DNA of 64,000 nucleotides from assembly GCA_035499455.1 (NCBI GenBank), contig DATJYS010000001.1:21594-85593 (forward strand), given 5' to 3'. This DNA comes from Thermoplasmata archaeon. GTDB taxonomy: Archaea; Thermoplasmatota; Thermoplasmata; Lutacidiplasmatales; UBA184. This document shows positions 1-10,200 of the stretch, piece after piece. Positions within the stretch are counted from its first letter, which is position 1. Every line of letters starts with the position of its first letter. Made by a program: the position numbers and the translations under genes. The notes below the pieces were generated by a model. The model made no database searches. It saw nothing but the letters and a program-made list of their open reading frames with translations, and was not told the DNA's origin.

Positions 1-1
1 G

Positions 2-406
2 GGCGACGGGTTCACGTGGACCGACGCGCTCACCGTCACCCACACCACGTACGCGCTCACCCCGGACTCGGCGCCGCCCGCCGCGTCGGCCCCCGCAGCC
101 GGGCCGCCGGTCCTTCTCATCGTCATCGTCGTGGTCGTCGTGCTGCTGATCGTCATCGCCGTCGCTCTCGCCCTGCGAGGCCGCCGGCGTCCCTCGCTCC
201 CCCAGCACTCGTCGGGCGGTACTCCGCAGTACTCGCCCGGCCCGCTCGGGCCCCCGCCGCCTGCCGTCTCGTTGACCCCCGCGGGCGAGCCGCCCGTTCA
301 GCAGATCGTGATGAAGGAGACCGTGAAGGTCAACTGCCGGTACTGCGGCACGCTGATCAGCGCGACCGATACCGTCTGCCCCAACTGCGGCGCCCCGCGC
401 ACCTGA
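2..406 (+). CDS. C-terminal end of a cell-surface protein (5'-partial): TM anchor plus cytoplasmic zinc ribbon
   Basis: Frame 2 is open from the window edge (GDGFTWTDALTVTHTTYALTPD...). It runs into the hydrophobic stretch VLLIVIVVVVVLLIVIAVALAL followed by RGRRR. It ends with CRYCGTLISATDTVCPNCG (CxxC-x10-CxxC). Track ORF 131..406 is its tail. Confidence 0.6.
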   Translation, partial: GDGFTWTDALTVTHTTYALTPDSAPPAASAPAAGPPVLLIVIVVVVVLLIVIAVALALRGRRRPSLPQHSSGGTPQYSPGPLGPPPPAVSLTPAGEPPVQQIVMKETVKVNCRYCGTLISATDTVCPNCGAPRT

Positions 407-413
407 GCGCGGC

Positions 414-1187
414 CTACCGCCGGTGCTCGAACAGCTGCCCGATCCGGCGCATCCCGCCGGCGGCGGAGATCGCCCGCGACGCCGCGTTGGTCTCCGCGAT
501 CTCGGTGAGCACCCGTCGAACCCCCTCGCGCTGGGCGAACAGCACGCGGGCGCCCCAGAGGTCGTGCCCCACGCCGAGGTTCCGGTACCGCGGAGCGACC
601 GACAGGGTGTGCAGGCGCCCTTCCCCGCCGACGAGCGTGATCCACGCCGCACCCGCCAGATTCCCGCCGACCTCGGCGATGAAGCAGTGTTCGGCCGGGG
701 ACGCGGGCGCGCGGAACCAGGCGTCGTCGAGGCTCCCGTAGACTTCCCGTAAGAGGTGCAGCACCGCCGGAAGATCGGACGTTCGGGCGAACCGCACCCG
801 GTGCCGAAAGCCTCGTTCGGGTCTCCACGCGGGGAGGTCGACCGAGTAGACCGGATACGCGAGGGCGTCGGGGTCGAGCCGATACTCGCAGTAGACGGCG
901 CACCCGCCGCGGGTGTCGTACAGCGCCTCCGCCGAGGAGCGGGTGCGGGCGAAGATCGTCCCGATCCGCTCCGACTCCCTCCGAAGAAACAGACCCTCCG
1001 TTCCGTCGGGGCCGGTCGCCACGGAGACGGTCCCCCCGGTTCGGATCGTCTCCTCGACGAACAGCGGAAGGAACGCCGAGAAGAAGCTCGTGAGCTTCGG
1101 CAGCAGGGCGCTCGGGAGCTCATCGGCGGTCGCGAGAGGGGCGATCGCTAACGGGGTGTCGTTCGGGCCGTCCGTTGCGGAGTCCAT
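414..1187 (-). CDS. GNAT-family N-acetyltransferase
   Basis: C-terminal GNAT core: HCFIAEVGGNLAGAAWITLV...RLHTLSVAPRYRNLGVGHDLW. Start placed at ATG (MDSATDG; cat at 1185-1187) inside track ORF 414..1265. Start uncertain. Confidence 0.7.
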   Translation of the reverse strand: MDSATDGPNDTPLAIAPLATADELPSALLPKLTSFFSAFLPLFVEETIRTGGTVSVATGPDGTEGLFLRRESERIGTIFARTRSSAEALYDTRGGCAVYCEYRLDPDALAYPVYSVDLPAWRPERGFRHRVRFARTSDLPAVLHLLREVYGSLDDAWFRAPASPAEHCFIAEVGGNLAGAAWITLVGGEGRLHTLSVAPRYRNLGVGHDLWGARVLFAQREGVRRVLTEIAETNAASRAISAAGGMRRIGQLFEHRR

Positions 1188-1347
1188 CGACGTGAACGGA
1201 CGAGCCGCTCGCCGGTGAGGTACCCCGCGGGGGGGATGGCGTACACGGCCCGGGGCGGTCGGCACCCGGCCGCGCAGCGGAGGCCGCCTCCCGTCCGCGG
1301 CTCGCCGACGCGGAAGGTTTCATCTTGCGCCCGGCACTTCCCCGTCC

Positions 1348-2193
1348 GTGGCCCCTCGGTTCTGTGCCCACTGCGGCCGGCCCGTCGGACCGAACACGAA
1401 CTTCTGCCCCGCCTGCGGTGCTCGCCTCGCCCCTTCCGGACCGCCCCCGTCCGGTGGCTTCGCCCCGACGGGCTCCTACCCGCCCTCCCCACCGACCTTC
1501 CCGCCCCCGCCAAGGGTGGCTCCGGTCGGAAGCGGCCCGAGCGACGCCGCGGCGCTCGGACACGTTGAGGTGGCCGCGCTGCTCGCGGTGATGGCCGCCG
1601 TGCTCTCCGTGGCGATCGTCATCCTGAACGCGGGCCAGTCGTTCGGAGCGTCCGCTTCGACCAGTTCCGGGTTCAGCTTCGGGGAGTATCAGTCGTACCT
1701 GTATCTGATCGTCGCCCTAACCGGGATCTCCGTCGTCGTGGGGTTGCTCGAGCTCTGGATGTACCGGCGAGCGTTTGTCGAGCTCCGAGGGGTGGACGAT
1801 CGATTCTCCACGCCGGCGACCCTGGTCTTCGTGGCGATCGTCTCGGTGTTGTGTGCCGCAGGGATCGGCAGCGCGCTCGCGGTGGTGGTGTTCGAAGGGA
1901 TAGCGTGCGCCGGCGTGGGCAACCTCGTCACGGGGACGTGCGCGAACCTCAGTCTGGTGTGGACGCTCATAGGCCTGCTCGTGATCGCCGCCATCGGGGC
2001 GTTCATCGGCTACATCGGGCTCCTCGTGGGGATCTGGCGGCTCGGGAGTCGCTACGAGGACGGCCTGTTCAAGATCGGGGCGGTCTTCCTGATCATTCCG
2101 TTGCTGAACGTCGTGGGGGTCGTTCTGATCGTGGTGGCGGCTCGCGCAGCGCGGTCGAAGATCGGCCGGCAGGGTCGAAGCTACTCCTTCTGA
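1348..2193 (+). CDS. Zinc-ribbon / multi-pass membrane protein (DUF973-like)
   Basis: N-terminal CAHCGRPVGPNTNFCPACG, then a Pro-rich linker and several hydrophobic helices. The tail GLLVGIWRLGSRYEDGLFKIGAVFLIIPLLN resembles the archaeal DUF973 membrane family (recalled, not searched). Confidence 0.65.
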   Translation: MAPRFCAHCGRPVGPNTNFCPACGARLAPSGPPPSGGFAPTGSYPPSPPTFPPPPRVAPVGSGPSDAAALGHVEVAALLAVMAAVLSVAIVILNAGQSFGASASTSSGFSFGEYQSYLYLIVALTGISVVVGLLELWMYRRAFVELRGVDDRFSTPATLVFVAIVSVLCAAGIGSALAVVVFEGIACAGVGNLVTGTCANLSLVWTLIGLLVIAAIGAFIGYIGLLVGIWRLGSRYEDGLFKIGAVFLIIPLLNVVGVVLIVVAARAARSKIGRQGRSYSF

Positions 2194-2337
2194 CGTCCCG
2201 GAGCGCGGGCTCCTCGCCGTCCGCATCGAAGTACGGGTCACCGAGGGGCTGGCCCACCTCTCCTGCACGGGGGGTGTGACCCCGATGGATCGGGTCGCCG
2301 CAAGCCTTAGGGGACCTCCCGGTTCGGACCGGCTCCG

Positions 2338-3612
2338 ATGGCCCGACGCGCTCCGAAGATCGAGGTGTCGCTCGCGGCCGTGCGCCGGCTCGCGGTCACG
2401 AAGCAGCATCTTACGGGAGCGAGAGCCCGGCGCCCGACCCCCTCAACGATCCTGAGAGTCGTTCGCGACCTCGGCTGCCTCCAGCTCGACCCGATCAACG
2501 TGGTCGCGCCGAGCCACCTGCTCGTCCTCTGGAGTCGGCTTGGGGCGTATCGGACCTCCGCGGTCGACCGGCTGCTCTGGAAGGACCGGACGCTCTTCGA
2601 GTACTGGGGCCACCAGGCGTCGATCGTCCTCACGGAGGATTTCCCGCTCTACTACGGGATGATGCGCCGCGTCCCGGCCACGATGCCGGCGGGGTGGGGA
2701 CGGACCTGGAGATCTCGGGTCGAACGATGGGTCGCGCGGCACGCGGAGCTTCGGACCTCGATCCTCACCCAGCTTCGGGAGAACGGACCCCTCTTCTCCC
2801 GCCAGTTCGCCCGGCCGAGAAGCCGCCGGCCGACTCCCCGCGGATGGGGGTCGGGAGACGAGGTCTCCGAGATGCTCCAGATCCTCTTCCTGCGAGGGGA
2901 GGTCATGACGGCCGGCCGGGTCGGGATCCAGAAGCTGTGGGACCTTCCCGAGCGGTGTCTGCCCGCCTGGGTCTCCAAGCGGGAGCTGACTCCGGCCGAG
3001 GTGGAGTACGAGGCGGCGCAGCGGTCGCTCCGATCGCTGGGAGTGGCGACGCTCCCGCAGATCCGCCTCCACTTCCTACGGGGACGGTACCGCTCCCTTC
3101 GCGCCACGGCCGAACGTCTGGAAGCCGAAGGAACGATCGTGCGCGTCGGCGTGGTCGGCTCTCCGTTCGCCACCCCCGCCTACGTGCACCGAGAGGACCT
3201 GGCGCTCCTCCAGGCGCTCGAGGAGCCACTCGCCGCGCCGCGGACGACGCTGCTCTCGCCGTTCGACAACCTGATCTGCGACCGGGACCGGACCGCGCGA
3301 CTGTTCGGCTTCGAGTACCGCTTCGAAGGGTACGTGCCGAAGGGGAAGCGGCGGTTCGGCCCGTACTCGCTTCCGATCCTCCACGGGGAGAGCCTGATCG
3401 GACGGGTCGACCCCGTGCTGGACCGCGACCGGGGGTGCCTGACCGTTCGCGGGGTTCATGCCGAGCGCGGAGCCCCGGAGGACCCGGCGACGGTCGAGAG
3501 CCTCCGGCGGTCAATCGACGGGCTCGCGTCGTTCCTCCGAGCGACGGACGTTCGGTTCATCGGCCCCCTCCCAGCGGCGTGGCGGGGCGTGGCCGATGGA
3601 AACGGCGTATAA
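2338..3612 (+). CDS. Winged-helix DNA glycosylase-like protein (YcaQ/DUF1006 family)
   Basis: N-terminus LAVTKQHLTG...VVRDLGCLQLDPINVVAPSHLLVLWSRLGAYR...LFEYWGHQASIV matches the YcaQ-family signature as I remember it. 424 aa. Confidence 0.7.
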   Translation: MARRAPKIEVSLAAVRRLAVTKQHLTGARARRPTPSTILRVVRDLGCLQLDPINVVAPSHLLVLWSRLGAYRTSAVDRLLWKDRTLFEYWGHQASIVLTEDFPLYYGMMRRVPATMPAGWGRTWRSRVERWVARHAELRTSILTQLRENGPLFSRQFARPRSRRPTPRGWGSGDEVSEMLQILFLRGEVMTAGRVGIQKLWDLPERCLPAWVSKRELTPAEVEYEAAQRSLRSLGVATLPQIRLHFLRGRYRSLRATAERLEAEGTIVRVGVVGSPFATPAYVHREDLALLQALEEPLAAPRTTLLSPFDNLICDRDRTARLFGFEYRFEGYVPKGKRRFGPYSLPILHGESLIGRVDPVLDRDRGCLTVRGVHAERGAPEDPATVESLRRSIDGLASFLRATDVRFIGPLPAAWRGVADGNGV

Positions 3613-3678
3613 CCGCGCGTCGGAGGGGTTTGGGAACATTCAAGTAGGACACCCCAGAGTAACGAACGGTGCGCATCT

Positions 3679-4239
3679 ATGCGCATTGGAGCAAACCGAA
3701 TGAACGCGCACAAACTGAGCCGACGGACGTTCTATCTGGCCGCGGTGGTCGCCATCATCGCCTCGACGAGCGGCTTCGCGCTCGCGTCGGTGCTGAGCCC
3801 CGCGACGACCGTGACCCAATCGGCGAGCTTCTACCAGGGTTCCAACGTCGCCGTCGCGGGGTACGACACGCCGACCCTCGCGGTCGGGGCCTCCCCCGGC
3901 ACGTGCTCGCCCTCGACGGTCACGGACGGAACGACGGGCGGCTCGGTGAACCTCGTGCTCTCCGCCTACACCGGCGGCACCAACTGCACGATGTACGACT
4001 TCTCGGAGATCTTCACAGTCGACTACTTCTCGGCCTCGACGACGACCCATGTGGACAACTTCACGATCTACTCGCAGTTCGGCGCGGGCACGGTCCAGAC
4101 CAGCTACGTCCACCTGCAGCTCGGCACGGCCTCCCCCGGTACGTTCAGCGCCAGCATCCAGGTCGTCGTCGACTACGGCCCGATGATGCCCCCGACGGGC
4201 GGGATCACGAACCTGGAACTGATCATCCACCACCCGTAG
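3679..4239 (+). CDS. Tat-signal secreted Thr/Ser/Gly-rich protein, family unknown
   Basis: Twin-arginine-type signal LSRRTFYLAAVVAIIASTSGFALA|SV. The mature part is beta-looking and T/S/G-rich. The likelier start is ATG 3700 (MNAHKLSRR). Confidence 0.55.
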   Translation: MRIGANRMNAHKLSRRTFYLAAVVAIIASTSGFALASVLSPATTVTQSASFYQGSNVAVAGYDTPTLAVGASPGTCSPSTVTDGTTGGSVNLVLSAYTGGTNCTMYDFSEIFTVDYFSASTTTHVDNFTIYSQFGAGTVQTSYVHLQLGTASPGTFSASIQVVVDYGPMMPPTGGITNLELIIHHP

Positions 4240-4311
4240 GCCGACCCTACCCCCCGCCTCGGGGGACGCGCTCCCCCGAGGCCAACCGTTTCTCGCACGG
4301 ACACCATAGCG

Positions 4312-5355
4312 ATGCAGACCACGCAGAACCTCGGTCAGGCGGCCGCTCCGGTTCCCGGGCCGACGCCCGGCCGGATCTTCGGGTTCGCGCCCTCGATCCC
4401 GAAGGACGGTGGTACAATGCTCGCAGCGGCGACCGTCCTCGGTTTCCTCTCCTTCCTGTTCGATCTCCAGAAGTACCACATCGGCTCGAGCCCGATACCC
4501 GCCTGGGTGCCCATCGCGATCGATGCGGCGATCGCCGGAGCCGTCGGGGCGGTCCTGGTGGTCGGTTCTCGGTGGTTTGACGACCCCGCGGCCGGCCCCT
4601 CCGCCGACTACGTGGTTGTGTCGAAACCGGTCTGGGAGAGCGTTCAGCACGAGATCGTCGCCGCCCGGGCGGGACGGAAAGCGGCGAGCCCGGCCACCTC
4701 CCCCGGTCCCGTGCCGATCGCCTCCCGACCCGAACCTTCCGGCTCACCGCGCGCTCCCGAACCGTGGGACGAGGGACCCCTGACCCCCACGGCTGCCGCC
4801 CCCTCCCTGGCCCCCGGAGCTGCTGCGTCGAGGTCCGTCGCCTCCCCCCACCGCTCCTCCTCCCCCGTCCCTGGACGACAGGCGATCCGTCCACCCGTTT
4901 CCGCCCCGATCCCACCCGCCGAGCGACCAGCGCCGCCGGCGCGGTCGCTCGAACCGGCTCCCCCGGCGGTCCCCGACGCTCCGGTCTCTCCCCCGGGCGC
5001 CCCGACCTCCCCGCCGGCCCTCTCTACGGCCGAGACGGACGAGATCGTCCGCCTGGGCGGAATCATGGGGCTCCCGCGACGGCCCAACGAGCCGCCGGCC
5101 CAGTACGCGCAACGGATCGCATCCGAGGTGGACGCCGCCGGTCGGGAGGCGAAGTCCCCCGTTCCCGCCTCGGCCCCGAAGCCACCGGCGGCAGCGTCGG
5201 TCGCGCCGCAGAGCGCGACCCCGGACATCGATGAGCTGATGTCGTGGCTCGAAAAGATGGCCGCGGAGAAGGACGGAGCCGCCGCGGGGACCGCGCCGAA
5301 GAAGAGCCCACCGTCGTCGAGCGGCTCGGGCGGATCGGACCCGAACTCTCGCTAG
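4312..5355 (+). CDS. Membrane protein with long Pro/Ala-rich cytoplasmic or external tail, unknown function
   Basis: Two hydrophobic segments (MLAAATVLGFLSFLF; AWVPIAIDAAIAGAVGAVLVV) then ~230 aa rich in P/A/S. G/C-rich third codon positions. Confidence 0.5.
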   Translation: MQTTQNLGQAAAPVPGPTPGRIFGFAPSIPKDGGTMLAAATVLGFLSFLFDLQKYHIGSSPIPAWVPIAIDAAIAGAVGAVLVVGSRWFDDPAAGPSADYVVVSKPVWESVQHEIVAARAGRKAASPATSPGPVPIASRPEPSGSPRAPEPWDEGPLTPTAAAPSLAPGAAASRSVASPHRSSSPVPGRQAIRPPVSAPIPPAERPAPPARSLEPAPPAVPDAPVSPPGAPTSPPALSTAETDEIVRLGGIMGLPRRPNEPPAQYAQRIASEVDAAGREAKSPVPASAPKPPAAASVAPQSATPDIDELMSWLEKMAAEKDGAAAGTAPKKSPPSSSGSGGSDPNSR

Positions 5356-5472
5356 CGTCGCCGTCGACCGAGGTCCGGGCCGTCCGCGAGGTCGCTCGAG
5401 TTGTTCTCGGGAACACGCGGTCGGCCTACGATCCCGTGGCCCCCACCGTGCGGAATCGAGGATCGCCGGCGA

Positions 5473-5697
5473 CTATCGAGCGGCGGCCGACGTGGGGAGC
5501 TCGGGCCCGGTCTCGACCAGGCGGATCCGAACGAACTTCGGGTTCAGGCTGCCGAACCGGCTCGTGAACCCGGTCAGGAACTGGCCGGCGGCTTGGGACG
5601 GCGTGACGAAGCTCTCGTGCGTCTGCGACTCGATGTACTCCAGCTCGGGCAGCCCGGGGAACCGCGCCCGGACGGTGATCTCGTAGGTCCACGCCAT
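5473..5697 (-). CDS. Small hypothetical protein (74 aa)
   Basis: MAWTYEITVRARFPGLPELEYIESQTHESF... Third-codon positions are almost all G/C when read by hand, like the confident genes. No family recognised. Confidence 0.55.
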   Translation of the reverse strand: MAWTYEITVRARFPGLPELEYIESQTHESFVTPSQAAGQFLTGFTSRFGSLNPKFVRIRLVETGPELPTSAAAR

Positions 5698-5814
5698 CGT
5701 CTACCCCTCTCCCGAGCGTGAGGGATGGACGGGAATCAGGGACCCGGGGTACCGCGGGAGGAGGCCACGGCGACGACAGGGCCTCTCGGCTCGACGCCAT
5801 CGCCTTCCGCTTCT

Positions 5815-7083
5815 TCATCCAACCGTTCCGGGCAGATCTCTCGGCCGCCCCCCGCCTCCCGGAGGGGTCGGCGTTCGGCTCACGGCGACAAGGAGGAGGA
5901 CGACCGCGACGGCGAGAATCGCCCCGAACTCGATGCCGGCGTTCGTCAATCCGATCCGCTCGGAGAGCTCGGCGACGCCGATCGTCGGAACGGCGAGCGC
6001 TAGATAGCCGGCGCAGTAGAAGCCCGCGAGCATCTCGCCACGCTTCCCCTCGGGCGCGACGCGGTCGACGAGCGTGACGCTGCCCATGTAGGTGAGCCCG
6101 ACCGCGATGCCGAGCGCCGCCGAGGCGAGCACGAGCAGGGAGGCCTCGGTCCGCAGCAGGACCTCCACGAGCACGACGAGCGCCCCCACCAACAGCGGGA
6201 ATCCGATGAGGAGCGCCCGACGATCCCGGAGTTGCGAAGTGGCGAGCTGGACGAGCGCCGCGAGGCCGAACATCAGCCCGACGATCGCCCCGGCCGCGAG
6301 CGGGCTCGCGAGGCCGAGGGTCCCCCGCACGTAAGACGGGACGAGGGCGGCGAACAGGCCGTAGATCGCGTAGCAGGCCGCGATGCCGCCCGCGGCGACC
6401 CAGAACGGCCGTTCTAGCTCCGGGGGAACGGATATCCGCTGCACCCGCAGCGGAAGGTTCGAGCCGGCCGCCGTGGCGGTCTCGGGGACGACCCGGAGCG
6501 CCAGCCAGCCCAGCGCGCTGCCGAGGATCGGCAGGAGATAGATCAGCTGGGTGGGATGCGGGGCGTACTCGACGAGGAACCCGCTCCCGACGACTCCGAC
6601 CGCGAACCCGCCGAAGTTGGCGGCCACCGCGACGCGGGCGACGTGATGGGGGTCCCGGTACGGCTCGAGGTCGCTCATCGCGGCGGTGGCGACGCTCGAG
6701 GTCGCGCCGACGGCGAGGCCGCTCACGACCCGCGCCACGGCGAGCCAGAGGACCCCGTTCGCGAGGGCGAACGTCACCGACCCGAGCGCGGTGAACGCCA
6801 TCCCGAGGGAGAGCATCCTCGACCGGCCGACGCGCTCCGCTTGCGGCGCGATGAAGAACAGGGTCAGGAGGACCCCGGGGGTGTACGCCGCGAACATGAG
6901 CCCCAGGATCCCCGCGGAGAAGTGGAACTGGTGCTCGTACGTCGGGTAGAGCGGGGTCGGCACCGCCGCGGCGAACGCAGTGACCCCGAGGACGTACGCC
7001 GTCCAGCGGAACGGTCCCCGCGGGCCGTGCACCAGGAGACGCCGGAGGAGCGAGGGGGCCGAGCCCCCGACCGGCGCGCTCAC
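5815..7083 (-). CDS. MFS transporter
   Basis: About 12 hydrophobic helices (e.g. AYVLGVTAFAAAVPTPLYPTYEHQFHFSAGILGLMFAAYTPGVLL). Start trimmed to GTG at 7083 (cac 7081-7083) because the track ORF would otherwise run into the next gene. Start uncertain. Confidence 0.8.
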   Translation of the reverse strand: MSAPVGGSAPSLLRRLLVHGPRGPFRWTAYVLGVTAFAAAVPTPLYPTYEHQFHFSAGILGLMFAAYTPGVLLTLFFIAPQAERVGRSRMLSLGMAFTALGSVTFALANGVLWLAVARVVSGLAVGATSSVATAAMSDLEPYRDPHHVARVAVAANFGGFAVGVVGSGFLVEYAPHPTQLIYLLPILGSALGWLALRVVPETATAAGSNLPLRVQRISVPPELERPFWVAAGGIAACYAIYGLFAALVPSYVRGTLGLASPLAAGAIVGLMFGLAALVQLATSQLRDRRALLIGFPLLVGALVVLVEVLLRTEASLLVLASAALGIAVGLTYMGSVTLVDRVAPEGKRGEMLAGFYCAGYLALAVPTIGVAELSERIGLTNAGIEFGAILAVAVVLLLVAVSRTPTPPGGGGRPRDLPGTVG

Positions 7084-7279
7084 GTCCTCGCCCCCGATCG
7101 GTCGGGCAGCGTCCGCGTCCTTCGGGAGCGCTCGGGGTCGGCCTGGACCTGCGCGTTCGACGGCCCTTCCTTCTCGACCCGCCCGACGGTCGCCCTCCCG
7201 CCGGACGCCGCGATCGCACCGGACCGGTAGGTGATAGGAATGGCCCGACCCGGTGCGCCGGAGTCGCTGCCGCAGCGAG

Positions 7280-10200
7280 TCAAGGGGGCGACGGCCCGGG
7301 ATCGGTGGGGGGCGGCGGCGGCGCCCCACGGCGGCGCTTCAGCAGTAGGGCAGCGGCGACCACTCCCACGACGACGAGAGCTCCGAGGATCGCGTACGTC
7401 TCGTACGGGGTCGCTCCGCCGGAGGAGGAGCCCGGCGGCGGCGCCGAAACGGTCTCGTTCAGCTCCCGGACGACCGTCTTTGCGTCCGCGTCGGTCATCG
7501 TGACCGTGACCGTGTACCGGCCGGTCGCGCTGTACGTGTGGGTCGGTGCCGCGCCGGTGCCCGTCGAGCCGTCGCCGAACGTCCACGCGTACGAGAACGG
7601 CCCGGTCCCGTCGACCGGGGTCGCGGTGAACTGCACGGAGGTCGACGTCGTCGGGGTGAGCGTGCTGGCGCCAATGCTGCCGGTCGGGAGGGGATGGACG
7701 GTGACGGAGGTCGAAGCGGTCGCCGTCACCCCGAGGGAGTCCGTGACGACCAGGCCGACGGTGTACGTTCCCGTGGCGGCGTACGTGTAGAGCGGGTCGG
7801 CGACCGAGGCGGTGCCCCCGTCGCCGAACGTCCACGCGTAGCCGAACGCCCCCACCCCGTCCGTGGGATGCGAGACGAAATCGATCGTCGACCCCAGGTC
7901 GGTCGCCGGGGTGCTGGCCGAAGCGGTGGCGGTCAGAGCGGGTTCGACCGTTACGGGGGTGGACTCGTTGATCGAGACCCCGAGCCCGTCGGTCACCTTC
8001 ACCCACGCCGTGTAGTCGCCCGCGACGGCGTACGTGTGGGTCGGTGCCGAGTCGGTGGACGTGGCGGAGTGGTCTCCGAATCCCCAGAGATAGGAGAGGA
8101 GCCCCGAGCCGCCGGAGGCGTCGGCGAGGAACGAGACCGCCACGCCGACCTCGGTGGGGCTTGGGGTGCCGCTCGGGGCCGCGATCAGCGGGGCCGCCGC
8201 GACGGTTTCGGTGGTCGAAGCGGTGGCGGTCTCTCCGACCGCGTCCGTGAGGGTCACCGTCACGGGGAACGTCCCGGTGGCGGTGTAGACGTGGGACGCC
8301 GTTGCGCCGCTGCCGACCCCGCCGTCGCCGAACGACCACGCGTACGAAAACCCCGCCGTCCCGCCCGAGGGCGTCGCCGTGAAGTGGACGTTCTGCCCCG
8401 TCTCGGGCGTCGCGTTGCTGGAGAGCAGCGCCACCCCCGGGGACGGATTGATCGTCACGGTCGTTTCGGCGGCCGCGCTCACGCCGAGGCTGTCGGTAAC
8501 GTTGACGCTGACCAGATAGGAGCCGGTCGCGGTGTACACGTGCGACGGCGCCGGTGCGGACGACGTGAGCGTATCCCCGAAGTTCCAGGTGTAGTGAACG
8601 TACGCGCCGGAGCCGTTCGTCGGATCCGCGGTGAATTCGATCGGCAGCCCGAGATCGGTCGCGGAGACGTTCGCGGCTGGGCTCACGCTGACGTCCGGGT
8701 TGACGGCGACCGGGAACGATTCGTTGGTCGAGTTCCCGGAGGCGTCGGTGACGTTGACCCAGGCGAGGAATACGCCCGCCGAAAGGTAGGTGTGGCCCGG
8801 GGTCGGCGCGGTGGAGTCCGGCGCTCCGTCACCGAAGCCCCAGCGATACTGGTACGGCTCGGTGCCTCCGATGGCGCTTGCGTTGAACGTGACGCCGACG
8901 CCGACCTCGGTCGGGGACGGGCTCACCGAGGGGGTCACGGCGAGCGGCACCACGAGGGCGACCGGCTGGTACGTGGAGTTCTGGACGCCGAAGTAGTCGT
9001 GAACCGTCTCGGTGAGGTTGTACGTTCCGGAGACCGGATAGGAGAGCTGTCCACCGAACGTCTCGTTGGTGGTAAAGTTCGCGTCGGTCAGCGACCCCGC
9101 AATGCGATGCGTGACGGTGTCGCCGACCGCCCACGACAGGTCGGGACCGGACCCCGAGCCGACCTCGAGCCCGCCGGAGACGTTCAGCTGGTTCGGCGCG
9201 GCCGGGTCCTGCAGGAGCTGGTAGATCACCGGCTCCGGCGGGATCTCGAACACCCAGGAGTTGTTGTAGCACTCGAGGGGGAAGTCGCACGTCCCGCCGA
9301 TGAGCACCGGTGCGATGTCCGAGCTGTTCGACGGCATCGCCGCATTGGAGATCGCCGGACTGGGCAAGGACGCGAAGAGGGCCGAGGGCACCCAGATTCC
9401 GTTCGTGAAGTACCACGTATCGTTCCGATCGCCCGTGCCGTTCCACCCCCCGAGCATCACCACGCGCCCGAGTTGGCCGTCCCACGTCATGCTCGCCCCG
9501 TACCGCCCCTGCGGGTAGAGCGTGAAGCAGACGAAGATGCACAGCTTGAAGCCGGAGGTGCTCGTGACGTTCGTCCACCCCCCGGCCGTCAGCGTGAACG
9601 TCGCGTTGCTGATCCCGCCCCCGTCCCAAAGGAACCCTCCGAAGAGGACCATCTCGGTGTCCGCCCGGTCGTAGACGAGCGACGCCTGGGTCAGCCACGC
9701 CGCGCCGACCCCGACCGACGGCGCGGGCCCGGCGTCCGTCCAGCCGTGCGCCTTCGTCAGCGTCCAGTAGTCGTTGAAGCCGGGCGTGCAGTTCCCGAGG
9801 TAGCAGCCGCCGACGAGGACCGCCTCCTGGAGGGCATCATCGTAGGCGACGGAGGCGTATCCGACCCCCTCCCCCGGGGCGCCCACCAGGGACGTGATGT
9901 TCGTCCAACCGGTCCCGGTGAACTTCCAGGTCCAGTTGTGGGGGACGTTCTCGTAGCAGGTCGAGTTCCCGCAGTACGTGAAGATCTGCGTGACCCCCCC
10001 GACCAGGAGCACCGCGTCGAACTGGGGATCCCAGACGAGCCCCATCCCGGCCATCTCCGCCGGCGTGCTCGACGGCGCGGTGGTCAGCACGGTCCAGTTG
10101 TACCCATTGTAGACCCAGGTCTGGTCGTCCAGGCAGCTGTAGCCGTAGATGTACGCGACGTAGTTGCAGCCTCCGTACAGGACCACCTCCCCGAGGTCCG

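Noticed and set aside
5426-7219. 597-aa minus-strand ORF overlapping the MFS gene in another frame
   Set aside because: The product is R/P/G-rich with no hydrophobic helices or motifs. The alternative frame gives a clean 12-TM transporter.
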